Shown here piece by piece: positions 49,491 through 63,341 of a DNA stretch of 64,000 bases. The stretch is from positions 37,527,968 to 37,591,967 of the forward strand of contig NC_068995.1 of the NCBI RefSeq assembly GCF_001194135.2. Reading direction: 5' to 3'. The stretch's first letter is position 1. The number at the start of each line of letters is the position of its first letter. Made by a program: the position numbers and the translations under genes. The DNA comes from Octopus bimaculoides (lineage: Eukaryota). The notes below the pieces were generated by a model that worked only from the letters and a program-made list of their open reading frames with translations, did no database searches and was not told the DNA's origin.

Positions 49491-49812
49491 ATACTTCTAC
49501 TGTAACCGTAAATATTCTATTATTGATAAGTTTCTTCAGCTGCAAAATTGTAGATATACACGGTTTGCTCAAGTAATAATCTTCTTTTACATGCATTTAA
49601 GCATGAAGGAACAATAAGTAGGTACATTAGTTTATCACACGGGAAGAATGGAAAAGTTTTTGTCATTTTGTGCCTACGCTCTTTGAGAAGGAAAAAAAAA
49701 CGGAGAACGAAAAGAAGAATGGTGAGAGAAAAAATGTGTAGGGATTAATGGTTTAACACACACGCACAAACACATACACACAGGTCTTCATTCATAAATA
49801 TTGATATGCTAG

Positions 49813-49866
<54 letters not shown>
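49813..49866. repeat. (TCTA)n microsatellite
   Basis: Direct reading. Confidence 0.95.
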
Positions 49867-50109
49867 ACTGTCAGTCTGTCTATTTGTCTATATGCATGTT
49901 GTGCAGCGATCTGTGTCAGACTTTCGGACCAAAAGTTTTTAGTTCGATCAACTACACTACCAGACTCGGTGAATTAGCAACTAAGTTTATTTCGCGTGGC
50001 AGAGTATTTTATACGAAAGCGTTCTCTTATTGTAATATGCGTGCGAAATCGTCGTTAAACCACGTAACACAGGTAGAATTTTATATCTCAGGTACGATCT
50101 ATACGACAG

Positions 50110-50270
50110 GATTCTACTCATTTTACATAGACTCAGTTTCATCCACATGGTATGAGACAATCCGTGGTTGTGGAAAATCATGCTTTCCCAATATGCCGTT
50201 TAGCGGAATTGAAACCGAGCCATCATGATTCCTAAGAAAAATTCCTTAAATATTCAGCCGGCCACACCAT
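50110..50270 (-). mobile_element. Old, diverged tRNA-SINE head
   Basis: Minus strand ggtgtggccggctg...ggtttcaattccgct..cggcatattgggaaagcatg has an A/B-box-like layout and a ttggg(c)aa motif. Confidence 0.35.
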
Positions 50271-50967
50271 TCTAAAGCACACACCCTAATATATATGCAA
50301 CCGAATAAAATGACGCGTCATTAAAAGTATATTTGGTTGTTACAAATTGAAAATATTCATTTGGAAACGATTTAAAATATCTTCGCCTTCTGGTCTGTGT
50401 GTCACTTCACGTATAATAACCTAGTTGTAGTATCTAACATTGCGGTAATGTTTCAAAGAAGATTTCTGGAAGATGTTTAATAGACTTTGTGATAGATAGT
50501 GTAGGTTGCTGTATTGTTCTTTTATTAATTATTACTTGAGTGAAAGAATATATAATATCCGTTATTATATGTTGCAGAACGCTGTTCTTTAGGACATTGC
50601 ACAGAAATATTGTCTTCATGAAAGAATAGTGTTAATGGCGTACATGAGTACATGATTAAATGTCATTGAGAAAAATGCAAATGTATGTTAAATAAGCAAT
50701 GGTGTTAAATAGACGTAATGATGAATAAATCGAAGAAGTTGATATAAATGAAAGGGATAGAAGCAAAGCAAAAACAGAGAAAGTAGAAGAGAAACTGCGA
50801 GAGAATGAGAATGAAAAGAGAGAAGATAGATTTATGGGAAAAGTAGGCAAATATATTGTTATTACCAATGTAAATCTCTGTTCTTATATGTCGGAAACAC
50901 TTAGACCTTTTCAGATATTTCAGTTACAATATTTAAAAATGTTATCACGAAATGTTCCAGTTATTAT

Positions 50968-51501
50968 GCGTAGGAGGGGCTGTGTGGTAAGTAGCTTGCT
51001 TACGAACGACATGGTTCTGGGTTCAGGCACACTGCGTGGCACCTTGGGCAAGTGTCTTCTACTGTAGCCTTGGGCTGACCAGAGCCTTCTGTGGAAACTG
51101 AAAGAAGCCCGTCGTATATAGGTATATATATATNNNNNNNNNNNNNNNNNNNNNNNNNNNNNNNNNNNNNNNNNNNNNNNNNNNNNNNNNNNNNNNNNNN
51201 NNNNNNNNNNNNNNNNNNNNNNNNNNNNNNNNNNNNNNNNNNNNNNNNNNNNNNNNNNNNNNNNNNNNNNNNNNNGTGTATGTTTGTGTGTCTGCGTTCG
51301 TCCCCCAAACATCGCTTGACAACCGATGCTGGTGTGTCTACGTCCGCGTAACTTAACGATTTGGTAAAAGGGACCGATAGAAGAAGTACTAGGCTTACAA
51401 AGAATAAGTCCTGGGGGTCCATTTGCTCGACTAAAGGTGGTGCTCCAGCATGGCTACAGTCAAATGACTGAAACAAGTAAAAGAGTAAAAGAGTAAAAGA
51501 G
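50968..51501 (+). mobile_element. SINE family B, full-length, internal microsatellite collapsed into an N-gap
   Basis: Head and tail match 21310-21711; gap 51134-51275 lies in the internal (TA)/(TG) tract. Confidence 0.92.
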
Positions 51502-52112
51502 TTAAATGTTGATTACTTAGTTAAGATAATATCCCACTCATTTTACAAGAGAAGTAATAAAGTAATTGAATTTTCATAACTGAAGTATAAAATTCGAATT
51601 ACGAAGCAATTATACACTAGGCTACTCTAATGCTTTTTCAAAGCTGTTGACATTTTTAATATTCGATATATTTAAAATTGCAAGGTGTGTTTTAATATAT
51701 TACATTCATGATATTTTTATACAAAAATTAGTTAAAACCATACATTCATCACATTTTCATTCAAGAATAAGTTAAAAGCAGAAAATGTATTACACTTTCG
51801 CTTTCGTTTATCTTCGCCAAGATTTTCTTCTCTTGTCCTTTAGCTATTACCGCAAGCAATTCGATTTAAATCGAGCATCATATACATTTGTTGACGCCAT
51901 ATAATTAAATGTCTGTACCAAATGTCTGATGTGGTATGGTAAATAAATATTTCAATTGAGAATTAATGTAATTAAATCTTCATTAATTTTTCTCTTCCCA
52001 GAGAGAATAACGATATCTGTTACATAATTAATAACTTTTGATAATGAAACAATAAAAATAAAATGCAACAACAAATACGATACGTTGGTGATTATAAATA
52101 TAACCTTGATTA

Positions 52113-52138
52113 CGATATTGTTGTTAACAACAATATCG
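52113..52138. repeat. Perfect 26-bp palindrome
   Basis: cgatattgttgttaacaacaatatcg equals its own reverse complement. Confidence 0.95.
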
Positions 52139-54316
52139 ACAACGACAATGTAACTACTACAAGTTCTGATAATGATGTTAATGATGATGATCATAATATA
52201 AATTTATATTGCGCAAAGATGTATAATGCTGCACTGTGCGAAAGTGGTGCAACTCTATAAGGGAATGGGGACACCTGACCACGTATGTGGTTCAGAAAAG
52301 TACTTAAATGCATAGGAAGATAATATGAATTCGAATCCACAAAATATTTGGAACCGCATCAGGCTCTCAGTTTTGATTATGGCCGTGGATGATGAGAATT
52401 TACAAAAGACCCATTATGTTTGCATGCAAAATTCTTTCTCTCTCATCTCACAAGATGCTTACAGGAAATTTGAAGTTGCAAAAAAATATATTTATTTGTA
52501 TAGATGTTCTAGTTATCATTTACGGGGTAGTTATATCCAGAATCACGTTGCATTAGCGTACGGCACACCCCTATCTTAGGGAGGAACTTAACTCCATTGT
52601 TTGAGTTCGGAATACACGTATAGGCACACACGCAATTACTCAAAATCCACCAGAGCATAAAAGGATGGTGTGAACAAAGAGTAAAATATATTTAGAAATG
52701 TTAAGAAACAACGTTCTTTTTTCTGTACCTTAGTGCTGATTTTTAAATATTTCAGGAAACAAAAGTAGAAATTTACGCACATTAATATAGGAGCATGTTA
52801 CAACCTCCATTATCCAAGAACATTCTGAAAGGCGTAAAAAGAAAAGGCACCCTGTCATCCTGTCATGATATCCTCGATGAGATTCGATAATGTAGCCCTT
52901 ACTATAATGAGTACATTGAGGCAATTGGGCTGAAAGTGATCCCATAAGACACCAAGATAAGATCCCATATTCACCGACGGAGGAAGAGAGTGCAGTGGAT
53001 GTCATTTGGTTCGCACTTCACTTCTTATCTCTCAATATTATCTAATATAGGTAAGATCTTTTTATATTTAAAATATAATCATATCTCACCTGATAACGAA
53101 CACAGGAAATTCTTCTATAAGTATACATTTAAGATCACGTGTAGTTGAACACCTAACACGAAACATGATCTCACTTAAATCCCCCAAGTGTTGCTGTTGG
53201 ATCGTCATTTAGCATGGCTGCTAAGCAGATTATGTAATAACGAGGCCATTATTTAGAAAGCCAGAGGTGAAATCCTATGGACGCTAATCAGGAAGCCTTC
53301 GAGGATCAAGGAAGCCTTCAAGTTTTCACACATCTTTATTATGAAACACTGAAAGAGGAAACGCGACAAAGACAGAAAGCTACATATGGCAGTTTAAAGA
53401 AAATGACGCAACGTCTAACATCAATTGAAACATTGACGAATAAATAGAGACCATAAATGAATGCTACCCTCACCCCACCAAATGCAAACAAGAATAAGAA
53501 CAATACTGAGGTTCTTGTGGAAAACAGGTTGTAATGTTAATGACAAGACGGAAATACACTCACCTGTATACACGAGAGAAATATTGTATGTAGACACTGG
53601 TCTACACCATAAGTCTATTTTTGCCAGGATCAGATTTAATTGTTCGTATATAAGCTTCTTGCCCTTCCAACCTTTTATTTGATCAAATATTTTTATAGAG
53701 CTTTATATTTTTAGTATTTTCTCCCTTCTCTCTTCCAGCCAGGTATTTACGACCCTACTATCTCTACCAGATACTTCAAAAATATTTTAGAATTTACCGA
53801 AGATTTTTTCTTCACTTCTCTCTTTCTAGTTATTTCCCTACGTACTTTTAATATATTTTTGGTTGTATGTTTTGAGTACGTGCGTAAGCGTGCATGCGTC
53901 TGTGTGTATAAATGTATTCGATAAGCAAACAGACTGTGGCAAGATATATTCATCAGTAGAGGTTTACACCTCAGCCAACCTTTTTATGACAGCACAATTA
54001 TCTCTCAGAAAAAAGGAACACAGATCATTCCATCATAAAAAATATATGTTTCCATCTTGAAATTTATAGAGCGTATACTTGGAACTGAGTTAGCGTGACT
54101 TAAGGAAAGCCTAAAAGGATTAGTTTGAAACTTAGAGTAAGCCACTGACGTGATTAAGCCTTGGTACTTGATAAGAGACTAAATGTTTTTGAGATTACCA
54201 AATTAGTACTTATTGACTTCCACCTAGGAAGATTAATCTATATCTGAAACGACAATAACAATTTTACTTCATCTCAAATGCATGAGTGTTCAATATGTGA
54301 GACTTATCAACCCCGG

Positions 54317-54317
<1 letters not shown>

Positions 54318-54400
<83 letters not shown>
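54318..54400. repeat. (TCTA)n microsatellite at gap edge
   Basis: Direct reading. Confidence 0.95.
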
Positions 54401-55056
54401 NNNNNNNNNNNNNNNNNNNNNNNNNNNNNNNNNNNNNNNNNNNNNNNNNNNNNNNNNNNNNNNNNNNNNNNNNNNNNNNNNNNNNNNNNNNNNNNNNNNN
54501 NNNNNNNNNNNNNNNNNNNNNNNNNNNNNNNNNNNNNNNNNNNNNNNNNNNNNNNNNNNNNNNNNNNNNNNNNNNNNNNNNNNNNNNNNNNNNNNNNNNN
54601 NNNNNNNNNNNNNNNNNNNNNNNNNNNNNNNNNNNNNNNNNNNNNNNNNNNNNNNNNNNNNNNNNNNNNNNNNNNNNNNNNNNNNNNNNNNNNNNNNNNN
54701 NNNNNNNNNNNNNNNNNNNNNNNNNNNNNNNNNNNNNNNNNNNNNNNNNNNNNNNNNNNNNNNNNNNNNNNNNNNNNNNNNNNNNNNNNNNNNNNNNNNN
54801 NNNNNNNNNNNNNNNNNNNNNNNNNNNNNNNNNNNNNNNNNNNNNNNNNNNNNNNNNNNNNNNNNNNNNNNNNNNNNNNNNNNNNNNNNNNNNNNNNNNN
54901 NNNNNNNNNNNNNNNNNNNNNNNNNNNNNNNNNNNNNNNNNNNNNNNNNNNNNNNNNNNNNNNNNNNNNNNNNNNNNNNNNNNNNNNNNNNNNNNNNNNN
55001 NNNNNNNNNNNNNNNNNNNNNNNNNNNNNNNNNNNNNNNNNNNNNNNNNNNNNNNN

Positions 55057-55095
<39 letters not shown>

Positions 55096-57671
55096 GGTTG
55101 ATAATCCTAAATAATGAACACTAATAGACTATGAGACTGAAGTAAATTTGTTATTGTTATTTCAGAAATAAATTATCTTCCTAGATGTAAGTCAATAAGT
55201 ATAATCATCACTAACGCAGCTAACACCAGCTTTGCTAGAAATAAGAGACGAGTCAACTCTTAGGTAATGACTAAGAGTTGTTTTGATTCTCTTATCTCTA
55301 ATAATCCTGGTGCTGACTTGCACCCTTAGCCACTTTAATGACGACTGTACTTTATATATTGTATCGCAATGTTATTTTAAGATATAAGAGGAGCTGTGCG
55401 CTCAAAAGTTGCGCTCTCTGGTGTCTCACACAAAATATACCCTGTGGCAAGAGAAAGTGTTAAACTATGTTGTTTGTATGAGTGTGCAAAAGATTGTCAA
55501 AATTGTTAAGACGTCTCCGGAGGGCAAAGTACATTTAATTCGTTGTGTATGCATGTTTGTCGGGCACGCACGAAAAAAAAAAAACGGAAAAGCTTTTCAC
55601 GTTTCGAGCCTAACCTCTTGGACAGAAATAAATGGAGAGAGAGAGAAAAAGAAACGTACACACACGTGAACACACTCTCTCACACACGCATACACTCACA
55701 CATACACACACACAGGCTCACATACGTATACACACATACGAACACTCACACACACATACAAGCGCACACACTAAGAAACATATATACACATGTCTGTATG
55801 TATTTATGAAAGCATGTATGAGTGTGAAATCAACTTGAAAATCATTTATTTACGTGTGGTAAATGTATATACCCACCGTTTACAAATCTCCATCATTACT
55901 TTATGTATACATATGCACATACGTAAGAAAGTAGGATGTATTTTCTGAGGGACTGGTAAAAGCACATCCTGAATATAACTAAGACCACATCGGAATGACT
56001 CTCCTTTCTCCTGAATCCCAGAAGATACTCTACTCTCCATCAATTATCATTAATCTACAACGGAATTTTCCAAAATATTTTTACACCGCAGTCTGATTTC
56101 ATGCAAGATAATATTCACACACACCGTCGGATAACACACATGAGAGAACGCAATTAAATGCATAACATAATTTATTTATAACATTTATAACACGTCCTTT
56201 ACATCTGTAAAAACACTGCATATTCTACTTCTTTCATGCATTAGTTGGCCCGATGCTATAATAGAGGACATTTGCCTATGTGGTTGTGAAACAAGCTTAT
56301 TCCTAACAGCTACGCTTATGTCAATAAATTAGATATATAATTTAAAGGTTTATCCTTTCTCTACAACTTTGTATCACATGATGCACGACACGGTACTTGA
56401 AGACACCAACACTACAAATCTCATCGGAGGTCCACAATGGAGTATTACTCTCATCAGATTTGGAACGGAGCTGTTGCTGCACAAAGAGTCATACTAGACT
56501 TTACCACGCGCAAGATTCTATTAAATTTCATTCTATTTTAAAAAGGTAAAATCGGACAGAACTTTTGGGATGACCTGATATATATTTATATATATGATAA
56601 CTTGAAGAGACTTCATCTTATTTACTTCAGCTCTTAGAGATACGTACTCCTTTACTAAAAAGCGTCCCTTGGTTTTTCAGAAATAAACCTTAGAACCTTC
56701 ACCTGTTAATTAATATTGAAAATTTCCTTAAATTTTGAGTTTCCAAGCGTCTGTTTATTCGTGTGCTACTGCTTTCAATGACAGAACTTTGGTCAAGTAG
56801 GGGGTAACTGTTTTTAGCCGTCCATATTGACCTTCGACGTATTTCGTTGATTTTTCATGTTATGAAATGCAAAATGTACATAAAAATTAGAGGTAGATAT
56901 GTCGATAGAAAACTAATTCAATATTGTATTAGTTTATCCCTGATCTAATATACTGGCTGAGTCTACTCCTTGCTAATATAAACACACAGGCATACAACAA
57001 ACACAATGCACACAAACATGTTACATGCCTTCATATCTTTAATGTTCCATACAGAATGTTGCAACTCACAACTGAACAGGGTGAAGATTCCAGAAGGTTA
57101 GTTTTTCTGCAAAAGAAAGGCAGACTACAATGGTTATTGGGTACGGATGGGTTGGAGAGAAGAAGAGTGGTGGAGTATAGAGTTTGCTGGGGATGCCTGT
57201 GTGAAGAAGGTACGAGAGCAGCTACCGCTGAAAAACAGAAACTATTATCATAATGATAGCAATGACACTGAAATAGACAGATAGATAGAAATAGAGAGAG
57301 GGAGAGAGAATGTGGGGGAGAGAGAAAAAAGGGAGAGATAGGAGAATGTGGAATGTGTCTGTCATTGACAATACTAATCAGTCATGTGGTTTTTCTATGG
57401 GTGAGATCCATGACATCTTTGTGTCTAGTAGCGGTGCCTCCCAGAGTGGAACCAACTCTTTATTACTGGACTCGTATTGATCCACGTCCAATGTCAGCAA
57501 AGGTTATTTATACTTGAAATCCATTCCACTTCTTCAAATCATATAAGAATAAATCGATGACATCGATTTCTTGGTGAAGTACTGTGCATTCTGAGGGAAT
57601 AAGTATTTCGCTTAGATTAATTTATGTCTCTTATCTGCCATATGTATCTGTATTATATATATCTCCTGACG

Positions 57672-58560
57672 TACGAGGTGGTATTAAAAGATTCCCGGTC
57701 TAGTTATGTTTGATAAAAAAAAAAACATAAGTCTTAACATCATCTCCTCCGAAATAGTCACCTTGCGCAGCAGTACACTGGCCCCAGTGTTTCTACCACA
57801 TTTAGAAATCCGACTGGAAGGCATTTTCCATAAGCAAGTCGAGGACCGTCTGCGTCTCACTCTTGATCACGACAACGGTGTCAAAACTGTGACCTTTGAG
57901 CTGTATTTCCATCTTGGGGAAGTGATGGAAGTCCGCAGGTGCTACATCTGGTGAACAGGGTGGGTGCAGGAACGATACCACGTTGTACTTCACGAAGAAC
58001 TCACGAGTTAGGAGATCTCTGTGACAGAGTGCATTGTCGTCGGGAAGAAGCCAACTCTTTGCGCTCCACAGATCCGGTCGCTTTCGCCGAATGTCCTCCT
58101 TCAGATGCCTCAAAATGTGGTGGTAGAATTCTCGACTGACAGTCTAGCAATGGGGGACGAATTCTCTATGCACAATACTACATTTCCGAGGCTAACCCGC
58201 GTGGCAGGTCTTCTAGATCGCCCATCGTCTTCCAGGAACGTTTTGAAGCGCGTGTGTCACTCGAAGAATTGCGCACCACTCATATCCTCTTCAGAGTAAG
58301 CTTGCCAAAACATGCTCAATATCTTTCTAACAGAGTTCCCAAGTTTAAAGCAAAATTCCATGCTGACTATTTGTTCCTGTACGTTATAAAATCGCAAGCT
58401 ACAACATAGATGTGATCACAAAATCACAAATTTCACAACTTTCTAAGTAAACACAGCGATGTCACTCGGCAAATTGCTGCATGAAAGTCATTGTTAGCTC
58501 TCACTGCGCACACAGCTGTGTGCTTCCATCTGTTGGGGTGTTACAAAACTAGCCCGTGAA
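57672..58560 (-). mobile_element. mariner (DD34D) element, internally deleted
   Basis: Minus ORF 57802-58113 has DDNALCH...HPPCSPDVAPADF with 34 residues between the Asps. An N-terminal HTH remnant lies at 58170-58360. The TIR begins tacgagg at 57672, with a partial match ctagcccgtgaa at 58549-58560. Confidence 0.88.
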
Positions 58561-58904
58561 CCACATACATATAAGTATGCCACCACATACATGTAAGTAT
58601 GCCTATTTAATGCATCTGTAGAGTAGCCTCATAGTACTTATCGTTAACTCTCTAAACTAATTATTTCGTTATCTGAAGAGAGCATTCTTTCATTCCTTTA
58701 TCCATTACGGATAGTAGAATAGTCACCAAAACATCGTGACATTTAAATGTCATGGGAGATGTCACGTGGACAATATTTCATTATTTCCATTGTGTTCCAA
58801 ATTTGAAGCCCATTCCTTCTGCTTGTTTAATTGAGATAACATCAAAGGTGAACTGAATTTGTCCTGCCTAGTTGGGAGCCGATTTTATATACAAATGCAA
58901 ACAT

Positions 58905-58920
58905 AGTAGTAGTAGTAGTA

Positions 58921-59008
<88 letters not shown>

Positions 59009-59024
59009 TAATGATAATAATAAT
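58905..59024. repeat. (AGT)n(AAT)n microsatellite
   Basis: Direct reading. Confidence 0.95.
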
Positions 59025-59029
59025 ATATC

Positions 59030-59330
59030 CTGATGCAGTGCCAGGCAGTTTCTCTCATGGCTTTTGAACTTATCTGATTGGAAGCGTTATCATGTACGTT
59101 GTTTTGTCTTGGTATAAAATATGGGCTACAGCAAATATTCTGCTCCATACCAGAGATTTGCTTCTCAATTGTTTGACCTTAAACAGCTGAGCATGTACCT
59201 TAGAGGCTGACGATATGTGCATCACTGATCACGAGTAGAAGTAGTGGGGAGAATCATAGTCGTGTGTTGAGAAGTATTCTTTAGGGTTTAAATAATTCAC
59301 TACTACAAACATGCGTATTTTGTTCATCAT
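59030..59330. repeat. Dispersed non-coding repeat (related to 36040-36205), abutting (AAT)n
   Basis: Shares the tacagcaaatattctgctc.atacc..agatttgctt...tgaccttaa...gagcatgt.ccttag segment. Confidence 0.8.
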
Positions 59331-59832
59331 CTTTAAACAAACCTCATACAGGTACTCTATGAGTGGGATGGGCTAAAAATTCTAATTCTGTATTAGTTGT
59401 TTTAAATGTATACTATCACAAGTTGTTGACTACTTCTTACTGTAATCTACAAGTTGAATATTTTGCATACACTCAATAAATAAAGTATAATCATAAAAAT
59501 CTAAACTGAATTAAGCTGAGAAATAAGAATTATTTGTATTATAATGTTCAAAGTTATGTCAAATAAGTACAGTGTCGTTAAGAGGAAAGTATTCAAGTCG
59601 AATACGTTGTATAAAAACAAATATGAAAGTTGTAAAAGGAAATTAGGCAAAACAGTGATTGGAAAGTCGAAAAAAAGTAAACACTTATAAAATATTTTAT
59701 TAGTAGACGGTAACCTGTTACATATATTTAAATATATATTAATAACTGAAAAATAACAGTTTCAGTTACAGTAATGTATTTTAGCTGCGCTTGAATAAAA
59801 GCACGTTAAAAACAAGAAATAAAATCAATTTA

Positions 59833-59869
<37 letters not shown>

Positions 59870-60061
59870 NNNNNNNNNNNNNNNNNNNNNNNNNNNNNNN
59901 NNNNNNNNNNNNNNNNNNNNNNNNNNNNNNNNNNNNNNNNNNNNNNNNNNNNNNNNNNNNNNNNNNNNNNNNNNNNNNNNNNNNNNNNNNNNNNNNNNNN
60001 NNNNNNNNNNNNNNNNNNNNNNNNNNNNNNNNNNNNNNNNNNNNNNNNNNNNNNNNNNNNN

Positions 60062-60093
<32 letters not shown>
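59833..60093. repeat. (TC)n - gap - (GA)n
   Basis: Direct reading. Confidence 0.9.
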
Positions 60094-60096
<3 letters not shown>

Positions 60097-60899
60097 CATA
60101 CATACATTTTATGATTATATTTTATTTATTGAGTGTTTACAAAATATTCAACCTGTAGATTACAGAAAGAAGTAGTCAACATCTTGTGATAGTATACATT
60201 TAAAACAACTAATCCAGAATTAGAATTTTCTTCAGGTTGAGTAGCCCATCACACTCATAGGGTATATGATATATATATCGATAGTGTATATCAGTCTGAC
60301 TTTTAAAGTATTTCGAAGAAAAACGTGAAAATAATTGCGTATATCTGAACAATTAAACAACAACACACATAACCATACACACATAGAAACACACAAATCA
60401 ATAAATAAAATATAATATTAGCTCCCTAGATACCAATAGCAAATTGTGTGCATTGCTATTAACAAAACAAATTATTAGAGAGAAATAAGAAACACATGAA
60501 AGGGCAATTTCGCATAACAACAATATTACATTTGTCACTTAAATTGTTTGGCAATCGACTGGCTCTGGAATAATGTGTTAAAAAATATTGCTTAAAAGCA
60601 AAGAAGCATAAATATATATTCGTAACTTAGACAAAGACATAAATGTTTGTTTTATTGTTTTGACATTTGTAAAGATAGTTTAGATTATTAAACATATGTA
60701 TAGCTAAGTTACATTTCATTTCAAGTGAAGTTTTCATGAGGAATACGCGTCTTTCCACTGTTTAAAATTTTATGTGAGATACAATGTGTTCAGAAAGTGA
60801 TGTTCTCCTAAGGCCACCTATGTCAGGCAATACATAACATCCGTTTTTTAGAGTTTGTGTAGTTTTAATAATGATGTTAAACACAGGATATAAAAAGAA

Positions 60900-60934
60900 A
60901 ACCCACCCACACATACATACACATATACACACAC

Positions 60935-61010
<76 letters not shown>

Positions 61011-61942
61011 NNNNNNNNNNNNNNNNNNNNNNNNNNNNNNNNNNNNNNNNNNNNNNNNNNNNNNNNNNNNNNNNNNNNNNNNNNNNNNNNNNNNNNNNNN
61101 NNNNNNNNNNNNNNNNNNNNNNNNNNNNNNNNNNNNNNNNNNNNNNNNNNNNNNNNNNNNNNNNNNNNNNNNNNNNNNNNNNNNNNNNNNNNNNNNNNNN
61201 NNNNNNNNNNNNNNNNNNNNNNNNNNNNNNNNNNNNNNNNNNNNNNNNNNNNNNNNNNNNNNNNNNNNNNNNNNNNNNNNNNNNNNNNNNNNNNNNNNNN
61301 NNNNNNNNNNNNNNNNNNNNNNNNNNNNNNNNNNNNNNNNNNNNNNNNNNNNNNNNNNNNNNNNNNNNNNNNNNNNNNNNNNNNNNNNNNNNNNNNNNNN
61401 NNNNNNNNNNNNNNNNNNNNNNNNNNNNNNNNNNNNNNNNNNNNNNNNNNNNNNNNNNNNNNNNNNNNNNNNNNNNNNNNNNNNNNNNNNNNNNNNNNNN
61501 NNNNNNNNNNNNNNNNNNNNNNNNNNNNNNNNNNNNNNNNNNNNNNNNNNNNNNNNNNNNNNNNNNNNNNNNNNNNNNNNNNNNNNNNNNNNNNNNNNNN
61601 NNNNNNNNNNNNNNNNNNNNNNNNNNNNNNNNNNNNNNNNNNNNNNNNNNNNNNNNNNNNNNNNNNNNNNNNNNNNNNNNNNNNNNNNNNNNNNNNNNNN
61701 NNNNNNNNNNNNNNNNNNNNNNNNNNNNNNNNNNNNNNNNNNNNNNNNNNNNNNNNNNNNNNNNNNNNNNNNNNNNNNNNNNNNNNNNNNNNNNNNNNNN
61801 NNNNNNNNNNNNNNNNNNNNNNNNNNNNNNNNNNNNNNNNNNNNNNNNNNNNNNNNNNNNNNNNNNNNNNNNNNNNNNNNNNNNNNNNNNNNNNNNNNNN
61901 NNNNNNNNNNNNNNNNNNNNNNNNNTACACATATACACACAC

Positions 61943-61984
<42 letters not shown>

Positions 61985-62040
61985 GAACGCACGCACGCAC
62001 ACACGTACACACACACGCACACACATACACACATACATAC
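60900..62040. repeat. (CA)n array spanning a 915-N gap
   Basis: Direct reading. Confidence 0.9.
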
Positions 62041-62296
62041 AATAAACGGAGAACTGCATGTTCAATAATGAAGCAATATAAAAGGTCACATAAGCACCAA
62101 GAAGGGGGAAACGAATCGACAAGCTCACAAAACACATATACAATTGAAGGAATATATTTACTAAGTTACGTGTTATATTCAATTCTACCAATGCTCTTGC
62201 CACTGCTTAGAAAATACAGCGACAAGTATACATGAATATAACTAATTACATAAGCTTACCTATATATATATATATATATACGTGTGCGTTTTTCCG

Positions 62297-62469
62297 TGTA
62301 TGAATGGTTGTGTCGACGCCCCCAGGCGAAGAAGTAGGATCTTCCAAGACATATAAATAGAGGTAGTCTGGCCGTGGTAGAGTTTTGAGTAGCAGTCGAG
62401 TAGCAGTTGTGTAGCGGTTGAGTAGAGATCATCCGAATGTGCTAGATAGAAGTAGCTTGAGACATAACA
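62297..62469 (+). mobile_element. LTR-like fragment
   Basis: tgtatg start, TATA-like tataaatagagg followed by G/T-rich gagtagcagt repeats, ending taaca. No TSD found. Confidence 0.3.
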
Positions 62470-62589
62470 GAATATATGCGTATTTATGTATGTTTTTACA
62501 TATACTGTTTTTCTTTTATTTGACTCATCTCGGGGGCTGTGGTCATGCTGGGTACTGCCAACTGGGGCTGCTTCACCTTCATTAATCCT

Positions 62590-63050
62590 CTTTTAATTGT
62601 TGGTATTTAGTGAATGATGGAATTAGAAGTTGCTGCCCTCATACCCCCATTCAGTAGTGAAGTGAGCTCATCTGCAATTCTTGACAGTAGGAGATCCAGC
62701 TTAGTTTAGAAGACATTTATCCACATCAAATTTATCAGCCCGTTCGGTGTGGTATTCAGGATAATGGGCCCTTCTCTCCCAAAATATAGCAGTATCTGTA
62801 TTTAGACGGGAGGCGAAGGATTTTCGATTCTATGATGTGTCACCCTCTTCTGGCTTTTGCATATCTTCTAACCAAAATGTTTGGGATAGGTCCTTCCAGG
62901 ATCTTCCAGATAAATATTCCAGCATATCTTATCAGATTTTGTTCCAGGTACTAAATTCTTAACCCCTCGAGTTTTTTCGGTAGCTAATTTGCTGCATTGA
63001 GATTATTTTCTTTGAGTACTACGACCTCCTCAATTAATTCCAGGCAAGGT
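62590..63050 (-). mobile_element. CR1-like LINE 3' fragment
   Basis: Minus frames read RYAGIFIWKILEGPIPN, LPSKYR, GEKGP, FDVDKCLLN, DE...MRAATSNSIIH, typical of the CR1-type ORF2 terminus (RY.IIY.WKILEG..PN). Confidence 0.75.
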
Positions 63051-63298
63051 GGGGACCTTAATACATATATATGTAAAAAAAACATATGTACATAAATTCA
63101 CATACTTATTAATGAGAATTATGTACAGAACTACTTTATTATATAAGTTTCGTATTAAATTTATATGTATTATATATATATATGTGGTAAAATATGAAAT
63201 CATTATTATCGTTATATATCACCAGTGAATGTATTTCACTGAAATAGTATATCCTTACGAGAGTGAAGCAGACGTTTTGAACTAGCCAGTCGTGCTAC

Positions 63299-63341
63299 TT
63301 CAGGCTGATGACGAGCAAAGACTCGGAAACATGTCCCTGAA
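63299..63341 (+). ncRNA. Minimal type-I hammerhead ribozyme with fully canonical core
   Basis: ttcagg-CTGATGA-cgag-caaaga-ctcg-GAAA-c-at-GTC-cctgaa: 6-bp stem I, 4-bp stem II, palindromic stem III acatgt. Predicted cleavage after C63335. Confidence 0.88.

Noticed and set aside
56420-56480. IGGPQWSI resembling the RT motif GVPQGSI
   Set aside because: Too short and no other RT motif nearby.
55846-57253. Small ORFs 55846-56043 and 57056-57253
   Set aside because: No recognisable homology or convincing splice sites.
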